From Macrostomum lignano (Eukaryota): a stretch of DNA of 64,000 bases. Location: positions 56,806-120,805 of the forward strand of contig NIVC01000216.1 in assembly GCA_002269645.1 (NCBI GenBank), written 5' to 3'. Positions 24,911-36,377 of this stretch are shown in pieces; the stretch's first letter is position 1, and every line of letters begins with the position of its first letter. The notes under the pieces are model-generated. The model ran no database searches and had not been told where the DNA came from. It was given only the letters and a program-made list of their open reading frames with translations. Made by a program: the position numbers and the translations under genes.

Positions 24911-25210
24911 GGGGCTGTAGCGCCCAGTGGTTGGAGCGTCGAACTCCCGACTTGAAAGGTCGGGGGTTCGATTCTCGACCTACACTCGGAACAATTTGCG
25001 TCCTTGAGCAAGACACTTAACTCTGCATTGCTTCAGTTCACCCAGCTGTAAAATAGGTGCCAGCATTATAGCTGGTGTAATTGAGGGTGTGTGTGGCGAC
25101 CCCCCCCCCCAAACAGCCGTACGCAGCCTTCAGATGCACTGCGCAATAGCTGCGGCTAAGCTGTCGGTTGCACCCATTAGGGTAGGTGTTATCAATTATT
25201 ATCATTGTCC
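24911..25210 (+). mobile_element. tRNA-derived SINE with CORE-like central domain
   Basis: tRNA-like head with an A box (TAGCGCCCAGTGG) and a B box (GGTTCGATTC). GTCCTTGAGCAAGACACTTAAC...TTCAGTTCACCCAGCTGTAAAATAGGT resembles the CORE-SINE domain. Short ATT-rich tail. Confidence 0.8.
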
Positions 25211-26039
25211 CTGGCAACTTTCAGCGATCCCAGTGTGTAACTGTAGCAGTGTTGACTCTGAAAGTGTCCATTATACTACTCAACAGCCTCTGATAAGGCG
25301 CAGAATTGCTCGACCAAACAGCAGAACGGACAGGACAAATGCAATTGAGGCCACCACTTTCGTCGGCTCCTGGATAATATTGTCCTGCAAATTAAGCATA
25401 GGGAAATAGTTTAAAGAAAATATCTAGTATTTCTACTGTAAGTAGAGTGACCAGAAACTAATAGAAAAATAAAAATTTCTCTCTCTGTAATGACTCATCG
25501 CCACCTTTTCCTTGGCCAGGGGAAGGGGCGGGGGGGCTCTACAAATGAATGTTTAAAAATAGACATTACGTACACCGCTTCTGCGCAGCATGCGAGTAGC
25601 GCCTGCGCATATTTATGTAGTCAGACATACAAGTCTACATTTTCAGCTTAAAAAAGGACTTTATGGCCAATTTCCTAGATAGCGCATTTTTTCACTTGCC
25701 TAAAGTCCCGTCTAAATCCTCTCTATGCCAGGATCTCTATCTAAATCCCCTCCTGGCCACATCGCCAGACTCCCTATGACTTCCTTTATCCAATTTATGC
25801 TTATACACTCGTTTAAGTGAGGTCTGGGTGCAAACATGTTAATTATTATTACCGCGTGTACCCGTACGCTTGTAAATGTAAAGAAATTCGAGAGATGAAT
25901 CATAAATGAATCATTTCCGTAGACCTTAGTGATTAGACACTATCACACTATAGTCTAGAATTCTTTACTTTTAGGGTCGACTAAGGAAGTACGTACAATG
26001 TGTAGTTTATTTTAGCTATAGAAACTGGCTGTGGGGGAC

Positions 26040-26556
26040 AACTTGGCGCTACCCCTCTCGTTATTGCGTGAGTTTGCACTACCGCTACCCTCTCCAAAGG
26101 AATTGGCGCTACCCTCTCTAAAGGAATTGGCGCTACCCTCTCCAAAAGAATAGCGCTACCCTCTCCAAAGGAATTGGCGCTACCCTCTCCAAAGGAATTG
26201 GCGCTACCCTCTCCAAAGGAATTGGCGCTACCCTCTCCAAAGGAATTGGCGCTACCCTCTCCAAAGGAATTGGCGCTATACCCTATCCAAAGGAATTGGC
26301 GCTATACCCTATCCAAAGGAATTGGCGCTATACCCTATCCAAAGGAATTGGCGCTACCCTCTCCAAAGGAATTGGCGCTATACCCTATCCAAAGGAATTG
26401 GCGCTATACCCTATCCAAAGGAATTGGCGCTATACCCTATCCAAAGGAATTGGCGCTACCCTCTCCAAAGGAATTGGCGCTACCCTCTCCAAAGGAATTG
26501 GCGCTACCCTCTCCAAAAGAACTGGCGCTATCCTCTCCAAAAGAATTGGCGCTGTC
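26040..26556. repeat. 20/22-bp minisatellite (CCCTCTCCAAAGGAATTGGCGCTA)
   Basis: Direct tandem repeat. Confidence 0.95.
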
Positions 26557-26854
26557 CCTCGGACTTTTTAACTCGCTTTCGCACCTGAGCCAAAAATATT
26601 GATAAGAAATGTTTTGCCTGTTCAAAACCGTGCTCTTGAATTCTAATCAGAAAATGGTGTTATGCAGCTTGGCCTGCCCTTGCCCTTCCTGCGTTCACGC
26701 GAAGATATTACGGCCGCTTCTTCCATGCAGTTTTATATATAGCTTGAAAATGAAAAGTAGCCACCCTGCCAAGCGTCCAGGGACCGCGCCCATTCCTAGG
26801 GTTTAGATATTTGTTCAATTCAGAGTTCGTTAAAACAAAAGCAAACATAGCGAA

Positions 26855-29800
26855 TCACTTAGCAACTAAGGGTAAAACACAGCTTTCCACTCTAAATTCT
26901 TGTCTATATGGTCTCCATTGTTCTTTGCAGATTCTTGAAGTCCAGTGAGAGCTGGTCACCGTTGCCAAAACGCTATCATGTAGGTCTAAATATTCATTGT
27001 ATGTCGAATATAAAATGTGTTGACTAATTGTAGACATTCCATCGATCTCAGCAACTTCATAATACAACTAAATCAAGTGAGCAGTGTGTGAGCAGATTAA
27101 TGCGCGGTGGGTCACAGGATTCACAATGCCAGTGTTTTTTCAATATTTGAGTTTTAGGCGTAAATTTTTGAGAAATGGAAGTTTGAGTTGGACCACCTGG
27201 TCGTTTGGGTGTGGATGAAGTGTCTGCGCACGCTATTCATATGTCAGCAGCGTGCTAGACTGGGCGAATAGGAGTTGGAGACTCGGTGAAATGCGATAAT
27301 TGACGGGCGCATATAGTGAGAATTAGTGATAGGAGAGAATCGGGAATAGGCATGAGAGTTGGCGAAAGATTAGAATCGCGCAAGGTAAGAATGGGGTCCA
27401 TGAGAATTGCCCGCAGACGAACCGCCCGCCGAGATTTGCCCGCAGTGCATTTTGCCCGCGAGTGAATTCTGTCTGCATGCCCCCCCCCCCGAAAATATGC
27501 ATTTGATATGCAGTTACTATCAAAACGTTTGATCGGGTAAATCTATTTATTAAGACTTACTAAGCATTGGGGAGGCAGTGCAGACAAAATCTGCCGTGTA
27601 GCCAAAATGCGCTGCAGGAAAAAAGCATTGCGGGCAAACCTTGGCGGGAAAAAACTCGGTGGGCAATTCACTCGCCGGCAAAATGCACCGCGGGCAAATC
27701 TCGGCGGGCAACTCGTCTGCGGGCATTTCTCGTGCTCCCGTAAGAATGGGCACAAGATGAGAATCGGCGAAAGGTGAGAATCAGGAATAAGTGATAGTGC
27801 AGGGAATAGGTCGGCGAAAGATAAGAAAAGGCAAAAGGTGAGAATCGCGCAAGGTGGGAGCCGGCGAAAGATGAGAATCGGCGAAAGATAAAAATCGGTA
27901 AAATATGAGAATCGCGCAAGGTAAGATTGGGCACAAGATGAGAATCGCGCAAGGTAAGATTGGGCACAAGATGAGAATCGCGCAAGGTAAGATTGGGCAC
28001 AAGATGAGAATCGCGCAAGGTAAGATTGGGCACAAGATGAGAATCGCGCAAGGTAAGATTGGGCACAAGATGAGAATCGCGCAAGGTAAGATTGGGCACA
28101 AGATGAGAATCGCGCAAGGTAAGATTGGGCACAAGATGAGAATCGCGCAAGGTAAGATTGGGCACAAGATGAGAATCGCGCAAGGCAAGAATAGGCACAC
28201 AAGATGAGAATCAGCGATACGGTGAGAATCGATGAAATGGACAACGGCGAGAATCGCGAGCAGAAAATGAGCAGCAGGAGAAGCCGTCTGCATTCCAGGA
28301 CTCACCCAGCCGCCGGCTCTGACAACCCAGGCCGATGCGGTTTTGCGGAAATAATCCAGCGACCAGTTGTAGACCTGGCAGAATGCCAAGCGGTCTGAGC
28401 ACTCGGCCGCCGTCAGAGCCAGCTCTGTGCAGAACAGCAGAATGCTGCAGCACTGGCCTCGGATGTCGCCACGCCTGTGCTGCCTAGCGATCGCTTTGAG
28501 CTGATTCTCGAACTGTTGGCGGCTCATGCTGTGCAGATTCACCTGAGGCGGGATTGGAGCAGATGGGATTGCTATCTCATTCTATCTAGGTCAAATAAGG
28601 AGGGGGGGCATCCCAAGCCGGAAAAAGCACAACTCCGAAGAGCGCTTTCTTATCATAACTCTGAAAGCTTTAGCAACGCCCAACGCTATTTTGGTTTTCG
28701 GAGTTGTGCTATTTCGGGTTAATGATATTTCAGGTTTATGATAGTTCGGGTTTGTATTGGGAAGTGATTTCGGAGTTGTGATTTTTCGGTTCATGATGGC
28801 GACCCCCACTATAGGACTATTCAAGAATCTGTTGAGGTCTATAATAAAGACTATTCGAGACAGTGGCGCAACCAGGGGGGGGGGCGGGGGGCGGTCGCTA
28901 TTGAGGTAAAATAAGAACTATTTAAGAAGCTGTTGAGGTCAAATAAAGACTATTCGAGAAGCTGTTGAGGTCAAATATAGACTATTCGAGAAGCTGTTGA
29001 GTTCAAATATAGACTATTCGAGAAGCTGTTGAGGTCAAATAAGAACTATTTAAGAAGCTGTTGAGGTCAAATAAAGACTATTCGAGAAGCTGTTGAGGTC
29101 AAATAAGAACTATTCGAGATGCTGTTGAGGTCAAATAAGAACTATTCGAGAAGCTGTTGAGGTCAAATAAAGACTATTCGAGATGCTGTTGAGGTCAAAT
29201 AAAGACTATTCGAGAAGCTGTTGAGGTCAAATAAAGACTATTTGAGAAGCTGTTGAGGTCAAATAAAGACTATTCGAGAAGCTGTTGAGGTCAAAAAAAG
29301 ACTATTCGAGATGCTGTTGATGTCAAATATAGACTATTCGAGAAGCTGTTGAGGTCAAATAAAGACTATTTGAGAAGCTGTTGAGGTCAAATAAAGACTA
29401 TTCGAGAAGCTGTTGAGGTCAAAAAAAGACTATTCGAGATGCTGTTGATGTCAAATAAGAACTATTCGAGATGCTGTTGAGGTCAAATAAGAACTATTCG
29501 AGATGCTGTTGAGGTCAAATAAAGACTATTCGAGATGCTGTTGAGGTCAAATAAGAACTATTCGAGATGCTGTTGAGGTCAAATAAAGACTATTCGAGAA
29601 GCTGTTGAGGTCAAATAAGAACTATTCGAGATGCTGTTGAGGTCAAATATAGACTATTCGAGAAGCTGTTGAGGTCAAATAAAGACTATTCGAGATGCTG
29701 TTGAGGTCAAATAAAGACTATTCGAGAAGCTGTTGAGGTCAAATACTCGTAAGGGCACAATTTGAATAGTTGTCAAAATCATCTGAAGAATATACTCGTA

Positions 29801-32748
29801 AGGGCACAATTTGAATAGTTGTCAAAATCATCTGAAGAATATACTCGTAAAGTCAGTATTTGCTGACTATCTTGCTACTGCCAAAAATTTCAGCGCACTT
29901 TAATTCGATATAAATAACCGTGAATCGAATGTTAATAATATTAATACTTATACTACCGCCCAAAGCCAGGCGGTGAGCTAAAAATATCGACAAATGTTTA
30001 TGAACATCTTAATTGCCAACGGACTGAAAGTCACCAGTCGGACAGACAAATTTAAACTTTAAATTCTGTTATAGAAGTTATAGAATAATAGCAATTATCG
30101 ATTCGAGTTAAGAATAATTGGATTCTCTGTTTTACATCTATAAATTGTAGAAATACGGCTGGAGTAACTATACATGTGCAATTAGTATAAAATACCTCGT
30201 CATCTAGTTAGACTGACTTAGACCCTAGCGGCTTACCTCAACTCCCTTTCCTTCAAGTTATGGGCCCCCAAACCGGGGATTGAAAGAATCGGGGGCGCCG
30301 AGATGACCTCAAACTGACCTTGACCTCAACCTTGTCCGCTCGGGGCCAGTGGGCGGCGCCACAACAAGCATAAGCTGTGTTTGCAGATTGAATTTATTAT
30401 TAATATCGTCTGACATCTTTGGCATAATTCCATGCAGTCTAATGCTCTATAGCCTCAAGTGTAATTGCCTACTTGCACGTTGGACTGAGTATTTTCTGAC
30501 GAAATTGTATGCTGTCCAATGCTGATATGTATTAATACATGCATTGTCTGTCCCTAACTCTTGCCTCTAGACCTGGCCAAGGTCAGCCAATTTTCATAGT
30601 TCTTACCTCCCTATATCCTTATCTCCTCTCTCCTTATCTCCCCTCCCTCCTTATCTCCTCTCTCTCCTTATCTCCTCTCTCTCCTTATCTCTCCTCTCTC
30701 CTTATCTCCCCTCTCATTATCTCCCCTCTCTCCTTATCTCCTCTCTCTCCTTATCTCCCCTCTTTCCTTATCTCTCCTCTCTCCTTATCTCCTCTCTCTC
30801 TTCTTATCTCCCCTCTCTCCTTATCTCCCCTCTCATTATCTCCCCTCTCTCCTTATCTCCTCTCTCTCCTTATCTCCCCTCTTTCCTTATCTCTCCTCTC
30901 TCCTTATCTCCTCTCTCTCTTTATCTCTCCTCTCTCCTTATCTCCCCTCTCATTATCTCCCCTCTCTCCTTATCTCCTCTCTCTCCTTATCTCCCCTCTT
31001 TCCTTATCTCTCCTCTCTCCTTATCTCCTCTCTCTCTTCTTATCTCCCCTCTCTCCTTATCTCCCCTCTCATTATCTCCCCTCTCTCCTTATCTCCTCTC
31101 TCTCCTTATCTCCCCTCTTTCCTTATCTCTCCTCTCTCCTTATCTCCTCTCTCTCTTTATCTCTCCTCTCTCCTTATCTCCCCTCTCATTATCTCCCCTC
31201 TCTCCTTATCTCCTCTCTCTCCTTATCTCCCCTCTTTCCTTATCTCTCCTCTCTCCTTATCTCCTCTCTCTCTTCTTATCTCCCCTCTCTCCTTATCTCC
31301 CCTCTCATTATCTCCCCTCTCTCCTTATCTCCTCTCTCTCCTTATCTCTCCTCTCTCCTTATCTACCCTCTTCTTATCTCCCCTCTCTTCTTATCTCCCC
31401 TCTCTCCTTATCTCCCCTCTCATTATCTCCCCTCTCTCCTTATCTCCTCTCTCTCCTTATCTCCCCTCTTTCCTTATCTCTCCTCTCTCCTTATCTCCTC
31501 TCTCTCTTTATCTCTCCTCTCTCCTTATCTCCCCTCTCATTATCTCCCCTCTCTCCTTATCTCCTCTCTCTCCTTATCTCCCCTCTTTCCTTATCTCTCC
31601 TCTCTCCTTATCTCCTCTCTCTCTTCTTATCTCCCCTCTCTCCTTATCTCCCCTCTCATTATCTCCCCTCTCTCCTTATCTCCTCTCTCTCCTTATCTCC
31701 CCTCTTTCCTTATCTCTCCTCTCTCCTTATCTCCTCTCTCTCTTTATCTCTCCTCTCTCCTTATCTCCCCTCTCATTATCTCCCCTCTCTCCTTATCTCC
31801 TCTCTCTCCTTATCTCCCCTCTTTCCTTATCTCTCCTCTCTCCTTATCTCCTCTCTCTCTTCTTATCTCCCCTCTCTCCTTATCTCCCCTCTCATTATCT
31901 CCCCTCTCTCCTTATCTCCTCTCTCTCCTTATCTCTCCTCTTTCCTTATCTCTCCTCTCTCCTTATCTCCTCTCTCTCTTTATCTCTCCTCTCTCCTTAT
32001 CTCCCCTCTCATTATCTCCCCTCTCTCCTTATCTCCTCTCTCTCCTTATCTCCCCTCTTTCCTTATCTCTCCTCTCTCCTTATCTCCTCTCTCTCTTTAT
32101 CTCTCCTCTCTCCTTATCTCCCCTCTCTGCCTCGCCCACTGGCTCTGTCTCCTTCACTTTTCTTCTCTTAATCTATCTATCTAATTATTCTTTCTGCGTT
32201 TTCAAATTATAATTGAATCCACAATGATACAAAATCACAAAGAATAAAAAACTAGTTGTAACTCACTCATAACTACGAGCGTACACTGAGTAAAATCACC
32301 TGTCTAACCCTCCGAATAACCGCGAATCCGTGCCGAGTAGAGCGCAGCTCAGCCGTCACAGCGAACAAAGTCGCCGCAGCTGCTAGGCACTTTTGACATC
32401 GTTCGGCTACGGCCGGACTGCTCTCACTAAAAGCGAATTTTGTCGTGGTAAACGGAATGAGTAAACGGAATGAGTAATAATATGTGCGTGTAAATGGTCA
32501 GAAGCTTCGTCATCTAATTAGTAAACTCACACTCTGCCGCCACTGTTTTCGAGCACTTCGACCATCTGAGCGGCCTGCTCAGTGCTGAGTCTGGGCCCCT
32601 CCAGCGCCAATCGGAAGCACTGTCGAACAATGAGCTGCGAATCCTGCTCAATGTTGTGCACCCGTCGAGTACTACTAGCCCGAGGAAAGTAGGGCCCCGA
32701 GTCGGCGTCGACCGTACCATCCGCTGCTACATCGCCGCCACTAATCAT
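26855..32748 (-). CDS. Divergent Bcl-2 family protein (BH4-BH3-BH1-BH2)
   Basis: Exons 32748-32531 (IEQDSQLIVRQCFRLAL, BH4-like), 32426-32300 (ATLFAVTAELRSTR, BH3-like) and 28542-28306 (BH1 region plus LDYFRKTASAWVVRAGGW, BH2, BOK-like) join in frame through GTGAGT/TTTTAG and GTGATT/CTCAG sites. The terminal exon 27067-26855 is in phase but uncertain, and the N-terminus is uncertain. Confidence 0.72.
27340..28215. repeat. 33-bp minisatellite (GAGAATCGCGCAAGGTAAGATTGGGCACAAGAT)
   Basis: Direct tandem repeat, interrupted by a MITE. Confidence 0.93.
27394..27739. mobile_element. 346-bp foldback MITE, 9-bp TSD (Mutator-like)
   Basis: Long imperfect TIRs (~75 bp) and TSD GTAAGAATG at 27385-27393 and 27740-27748. 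Confidence 0.85.
28600..28807. mobile_element. Short MITE-like inverted-repeat element
   Basis: GGGGGCATCCCAAGCCGGAAAAAGCACAACTCCGAA versus TTCGGAGTTGTGATTTTTCGGTTCATGATGGCGACCCC. TSD not resolved. Confidence 0.5.
28830..29742. repeat. 33/34-bp minisatellite (GAAGCTGTTGAGGTCAAATAAAGACTATTCGA)
   Basis: Direct tandem repeat, followed by a 49-bp direct repeat x2 at 29743-29848. Confidence 0.95.
30149..30212 (+). repeat. Diverged copy of the 28S rRNA R2-target segment
   Basis: 41/64 ungapped. ACGGCTGGAGTAACTAT and AAATACCTCGTCATCTAGTTAG lie at the exact 28S spacing. Confidence 0.7.
30605..32128. repeat. CT-rich satellite (CTCTCTCCTTATCTC variants) in the Bcl-2-like intron
   Basis: 1.5 kb pyrimidine-rich tandem array. 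Confidence 0.97.
32447..32522 (+). repeat. Diverged copy of the 28S rRNA R2-target segment inside a 104-nt intron
   Basis: 32459-32522 matches 43/64 ungapped, including a perfect TCGTCATCTAATTAGT. A 13-bp tandem duplication GTAAACGGAATGA lies at 32448-32473. Confidence 0.72.
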
Positions 32749-33189
32749 CGACTCGTGGGAATCTCTAACGCCAGATCGAAGGTCACGATACTGCTGCTTG
32801 TGGACGCGGAGTTCCGACTGCGAGACCGGCGCCTGGCTAGGAGGCCACTGCCAGCGGCTGCCAGATTAAGACTGCCAGATCGCGTCTTCATGATGGAGCG
32901 TCCAGCTGCTGTTGCTGCCGCTGTCGACGAACTGGACGGTGCCGATGGCGATGCTGGTGTAGATGACATTTCCTCTGCAATAAGTCGAAATCAAAGCAAA
33001 TACCGCTAAGAAACTACGGCGGGGTGGAGGCGAGTCTTAGAAGACTTTAAGAAAGGGCCTCGGCTTAGCACTAGCAGACAGTAGGTGGGGGTTGGCTGTT
33101 TTTTTCAATTCAGTTTGGTTTTTCAGGCCTGTGGTTGGCGCTATATAATCGAGTCTATTTTTAGCTCAGCCTCAACTGACCAATAGGAG

Positions 33190-33350
33190 GAGAGTAGCAG
33201 GGAAAGGGTTTTTATGACCCGCCGGTCCCAGCGAATGTGCGATCGCGCGATCCTTAATAAGGGTAAGGGTGAGGCGTGGGAAAATAGGATCGGACTTAGT
33301 CGCGCCGACCAATAAAGAAGAGAGTTATTTGGGGCGGAGCGGAACTTGGG
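33190..33350. promoter_or_regulatory. Promoter-like GC patch (CCAAT box and GC box)
   Basis: CCAAT at ~33308 and GGGGCGGAG at ~33331, upstream of the Bcl-2-like locus. Confidence 0.35.
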
Positions 33351-33939
33351 CTGGGTATCAAAGGGAACCAACCAACCAGCCAGTCATCAAAAAGATAGTC
33401 AAGACAGACACCGTCACCAATCCCCCTTTCAAAGGCACCACGAGACGAAGAAAAACATCAACAGGTTCAATGCAGGACACAATATAGGAGTTTAGAGTTC
33501 AATTCTTATCGCTATATGATATTGGAGTCTGGACAGAGCTAACCCTTTGTCGAAGGAAACCGTTTGTGTGCCGCTTACATCCGAGAATTATGTATGTAAA
33601 CAGAGGAGTAGAAAAATACTTGAAGCTAAAAGCCATATGGGTGGGGATGGGAAGTAAAAAGACACTTTACTTTCGTTTCAACTATCGTGCATCAGGTCAA
33701 GTTTATTTTTCTAGGTTCAAAAACCCTGTGTTAAGTCGATGTGTTATCGTATATGAATGTAAAACAGACAAGATACTATCGTAGATCATATATTAGATAA
33801 GATTAAAAAATCGAAAGTTCGCATAGCCCAGAGCCATTTTTCTCTATTTAGACAATAAATTGGCTACGAGTATTAATAAGCTTGCTAATAATGGAATTAA
33901 ATAGGTCACGATGAATATTGAGTGGGAGATAGAGAGAGA

Positions 33940-34315
33940 GTGAGAGTGCGAGAGTGAGAGAGAGGGAGAGAGGGAGGGAGGGAGAAAGGGAGAGGGGGTA
34001 GTGGGAGAGTGGGAGAGAGGGAGAGAAGGAGAGTGGGAGAGAGAGAGAGAGGGAGAAGGAGAGTGGGAGAGAGAGAGAGAGGGAGAAGGAGAGTGGAGAG
34101 TGGGAGAGTGGGAGAGAGGGAGAGTGGGAGAGAGGAAGAGGAGAGTGGGAGAGGGAGAGTGGGAGAGTGGGAGAGGGAGAGTGGGAGAGAGGGAGAGAGG
34201 GAGAGTGGGAGAGTGGGAGAGTGGGAGAGGGAGAGAGGGAGAGTGGGAGAGAGGAAGAGGGAGAGTGGAAGAGGGAGAGTGGGAGAGTGGGAGAGGGAGA
34301 GTGGGAAAGGGAGAA
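33940..34315. repeat. GA-rich purine repeat (GGGAGAGT variants)
   Basis: Direct low-complexity array. Confidence 0.95.
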
Positions 34316-34912
34316 TGGGACGTCAAGTCTTTATGAATACAAACTCCAGAGAAATCAATAGGATAAAAATGGTATTCCTCAGAGGCCACCGCAAACAAGG
34401 ACAACTAAAGTATATACACAGGGTACGTTGCTTTAGTTGTCATTTCCGCGGAACAGGGGGCAGAGTGGGCACTGTCCTCCCCCCTGACACTTGGAGTTCG
34501 GGAAGGGGATTTTTATCGACAATAAGAATAAGAATTCGAGCAATGCAGTTGTGTATTCCTTTGAAATGGGCAGTATCGCATATTATAATTGCATGCGTAT
34601 TATAATTGAAGTGGAATGTATAAAGCCGTATAAATTTAAGATACTCGTATCCTACCAAGAGTTCTTTGTTATGAACTCCATTTGGGTACATGGGAGGGTT
34701 ACAAATCGCGTTAAAGCCCTCACGCACAAATTGGAAATTTTTATCCGCAAAAGTCAAAACTACATGTATACTTCAAAATATCATAAATTATGTATGCAAA
34801 AAAAAGTTGATTTTAAGTCGGTTGAGTGGTCTTTATATACTAGGGAGCATAATTGGGAAAAGCGAAGAGGTGTTTAGAAAAGGGACGTTATAGAACGACT
34901 TATCAGAGAATA

Positions 34913-35463
34913 GTGCTGGCGCCCCTGGTGCTGGCGCCCCTGGTGCTGGCGCCCCTGGTGCTGGCGCCCCTGGTGCTGGCGCCCCTGGTGCTGGCGCCCC
35001 TGGTGCTGGCGCCCCTGGTGCTGGCGCCCCTGGTGCTGGCGCCCCTGGTGCTGGCGCCCCTGGTGCTGGCGCCCCTGGTGCTGGCGCCCCTGGTGCTGGC
35101 GCCCCTGGTGCTGGCGCCCCTGGTGCTGGCGCCCCTGGTGCTGGCGCCCCTGGTGCTGGCGCCCCTGGTGCTGGCGCCCCTGGTGCTGGCGCCCCTGGTG
35201 CTGGCGCCCCTGGTGCTGGCGCCCCTGGTGCTGGCGCCCCTGGTGCTGGCGCCCCTGGTGCTGGCGCCCCTGGTGCTGGCGCCCCTGGTGCTGGCGCCCC
35301 TGGTGCTGGCGCCCCTGGTGCTGGCGCCCCTGGTGCTGGCGCCCCTGGTGCTGGCGCCCCTGGTGCTGGCGCCCCTGGTGCTAAAGCCCCTGGTGCTGGC
35401 GCCCCTGGTGCTAAAGCCCCTGGTGCTAAAGCCCCTGGTGCTAAAGCCCCTGGTGCTAAAGCC
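34913..35463. repeat. 15-bp minisatellite GCCCCTGGTGCTGGC
   Basis: About 36 copies; a TAAA variant occurs at the 3' end. Confidence 0.98.
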
Positions 35464-36377
35464 TCTATTGCCCACCTTAATCAAAACCAAAAGGCATTTA
35501 AAGCATTTAGAAATCATAATTGATGCAGCGGTGCAGACTTACCTTGAAATTGAATCGCAGACAGAGGGCCAGAGCTAGTTATTATTGTGTTAAATTGCAC
35601 GCATTAGGGCGATGGCAAGTTTTAGCGCAATATCATAGATAAAAAATATTGCTTTAGAGATAATCTGCCCGTTTAATTCAATCGTGTCGCGCCAATTAAT
35701 TAATTAACGTTTGTTATAAAGCTAAGACAACGGTCTCGTCAACGGTACGCTATTTAGAGAGAAGAGCTTCTAATTCCTCTACAACCCCTGCGTGCACCGA
35801 TTTAAATAAATTAAACCTCTCACAGACACATTCGAAACGCACACCGCACGGCAGGGGGTCTGAAGGGGGTAAGGAAAGAGCAGAATTAAGAGTTAAGTCA
35901 CGTGAAAAAACTTGGATTCGCCGCCTTGTGGGGTGGGGTGGCTTTTTGGACGAGGGATTCACCGCCTGACCTCATAAACCCTTCTTTACCCTTCTACCCC
36001 CCATGTTTATGGCCCGGCGCGTGATGAGACTGTCCTGGTAGTATGGGGGAGGTGGGGTGGGCGCGCTAGAGCCAGTCTGGGCCAATAAGAGCGCACACGG
36101 ACTGGCTGCATGTAGCGACACACAGCGAGGCTGTGGCTGGAGGGATTTGGCTTGGAGTGGCTAGATTGCTAGACGCTAGTTCTGAACTCAAAATCACTGG
36201 CTTTGTTTACCGGCTAATAAGGACGGAAGAAAAGCAAAGTAAATATTATTTACTGTTTCTTAAGCTTTATGTGCTCAAAGCTATTCAGTAATCATGCGGT
36301 ATTAATGACAATGTGTAACTAAAGAAATATAACATCAAAATGTTAACTTTTTCAGTATTGAAAAGAGCAGCCTTTGC

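Noticed and set aside
33010-33065. ACGGCGGG...GCCTCGGC as another 28S-like copy
   Set aside because: The spacing is 2 nt off and the middle has no similarity; compatible with chance in GC-rich DNA.
36150-36215. Minus-strand GGTAAAC...AGTGATTTTGAGT as a 28S-like copy
   Set aside because: Only the 5' seed matches and the 3' block is absent.
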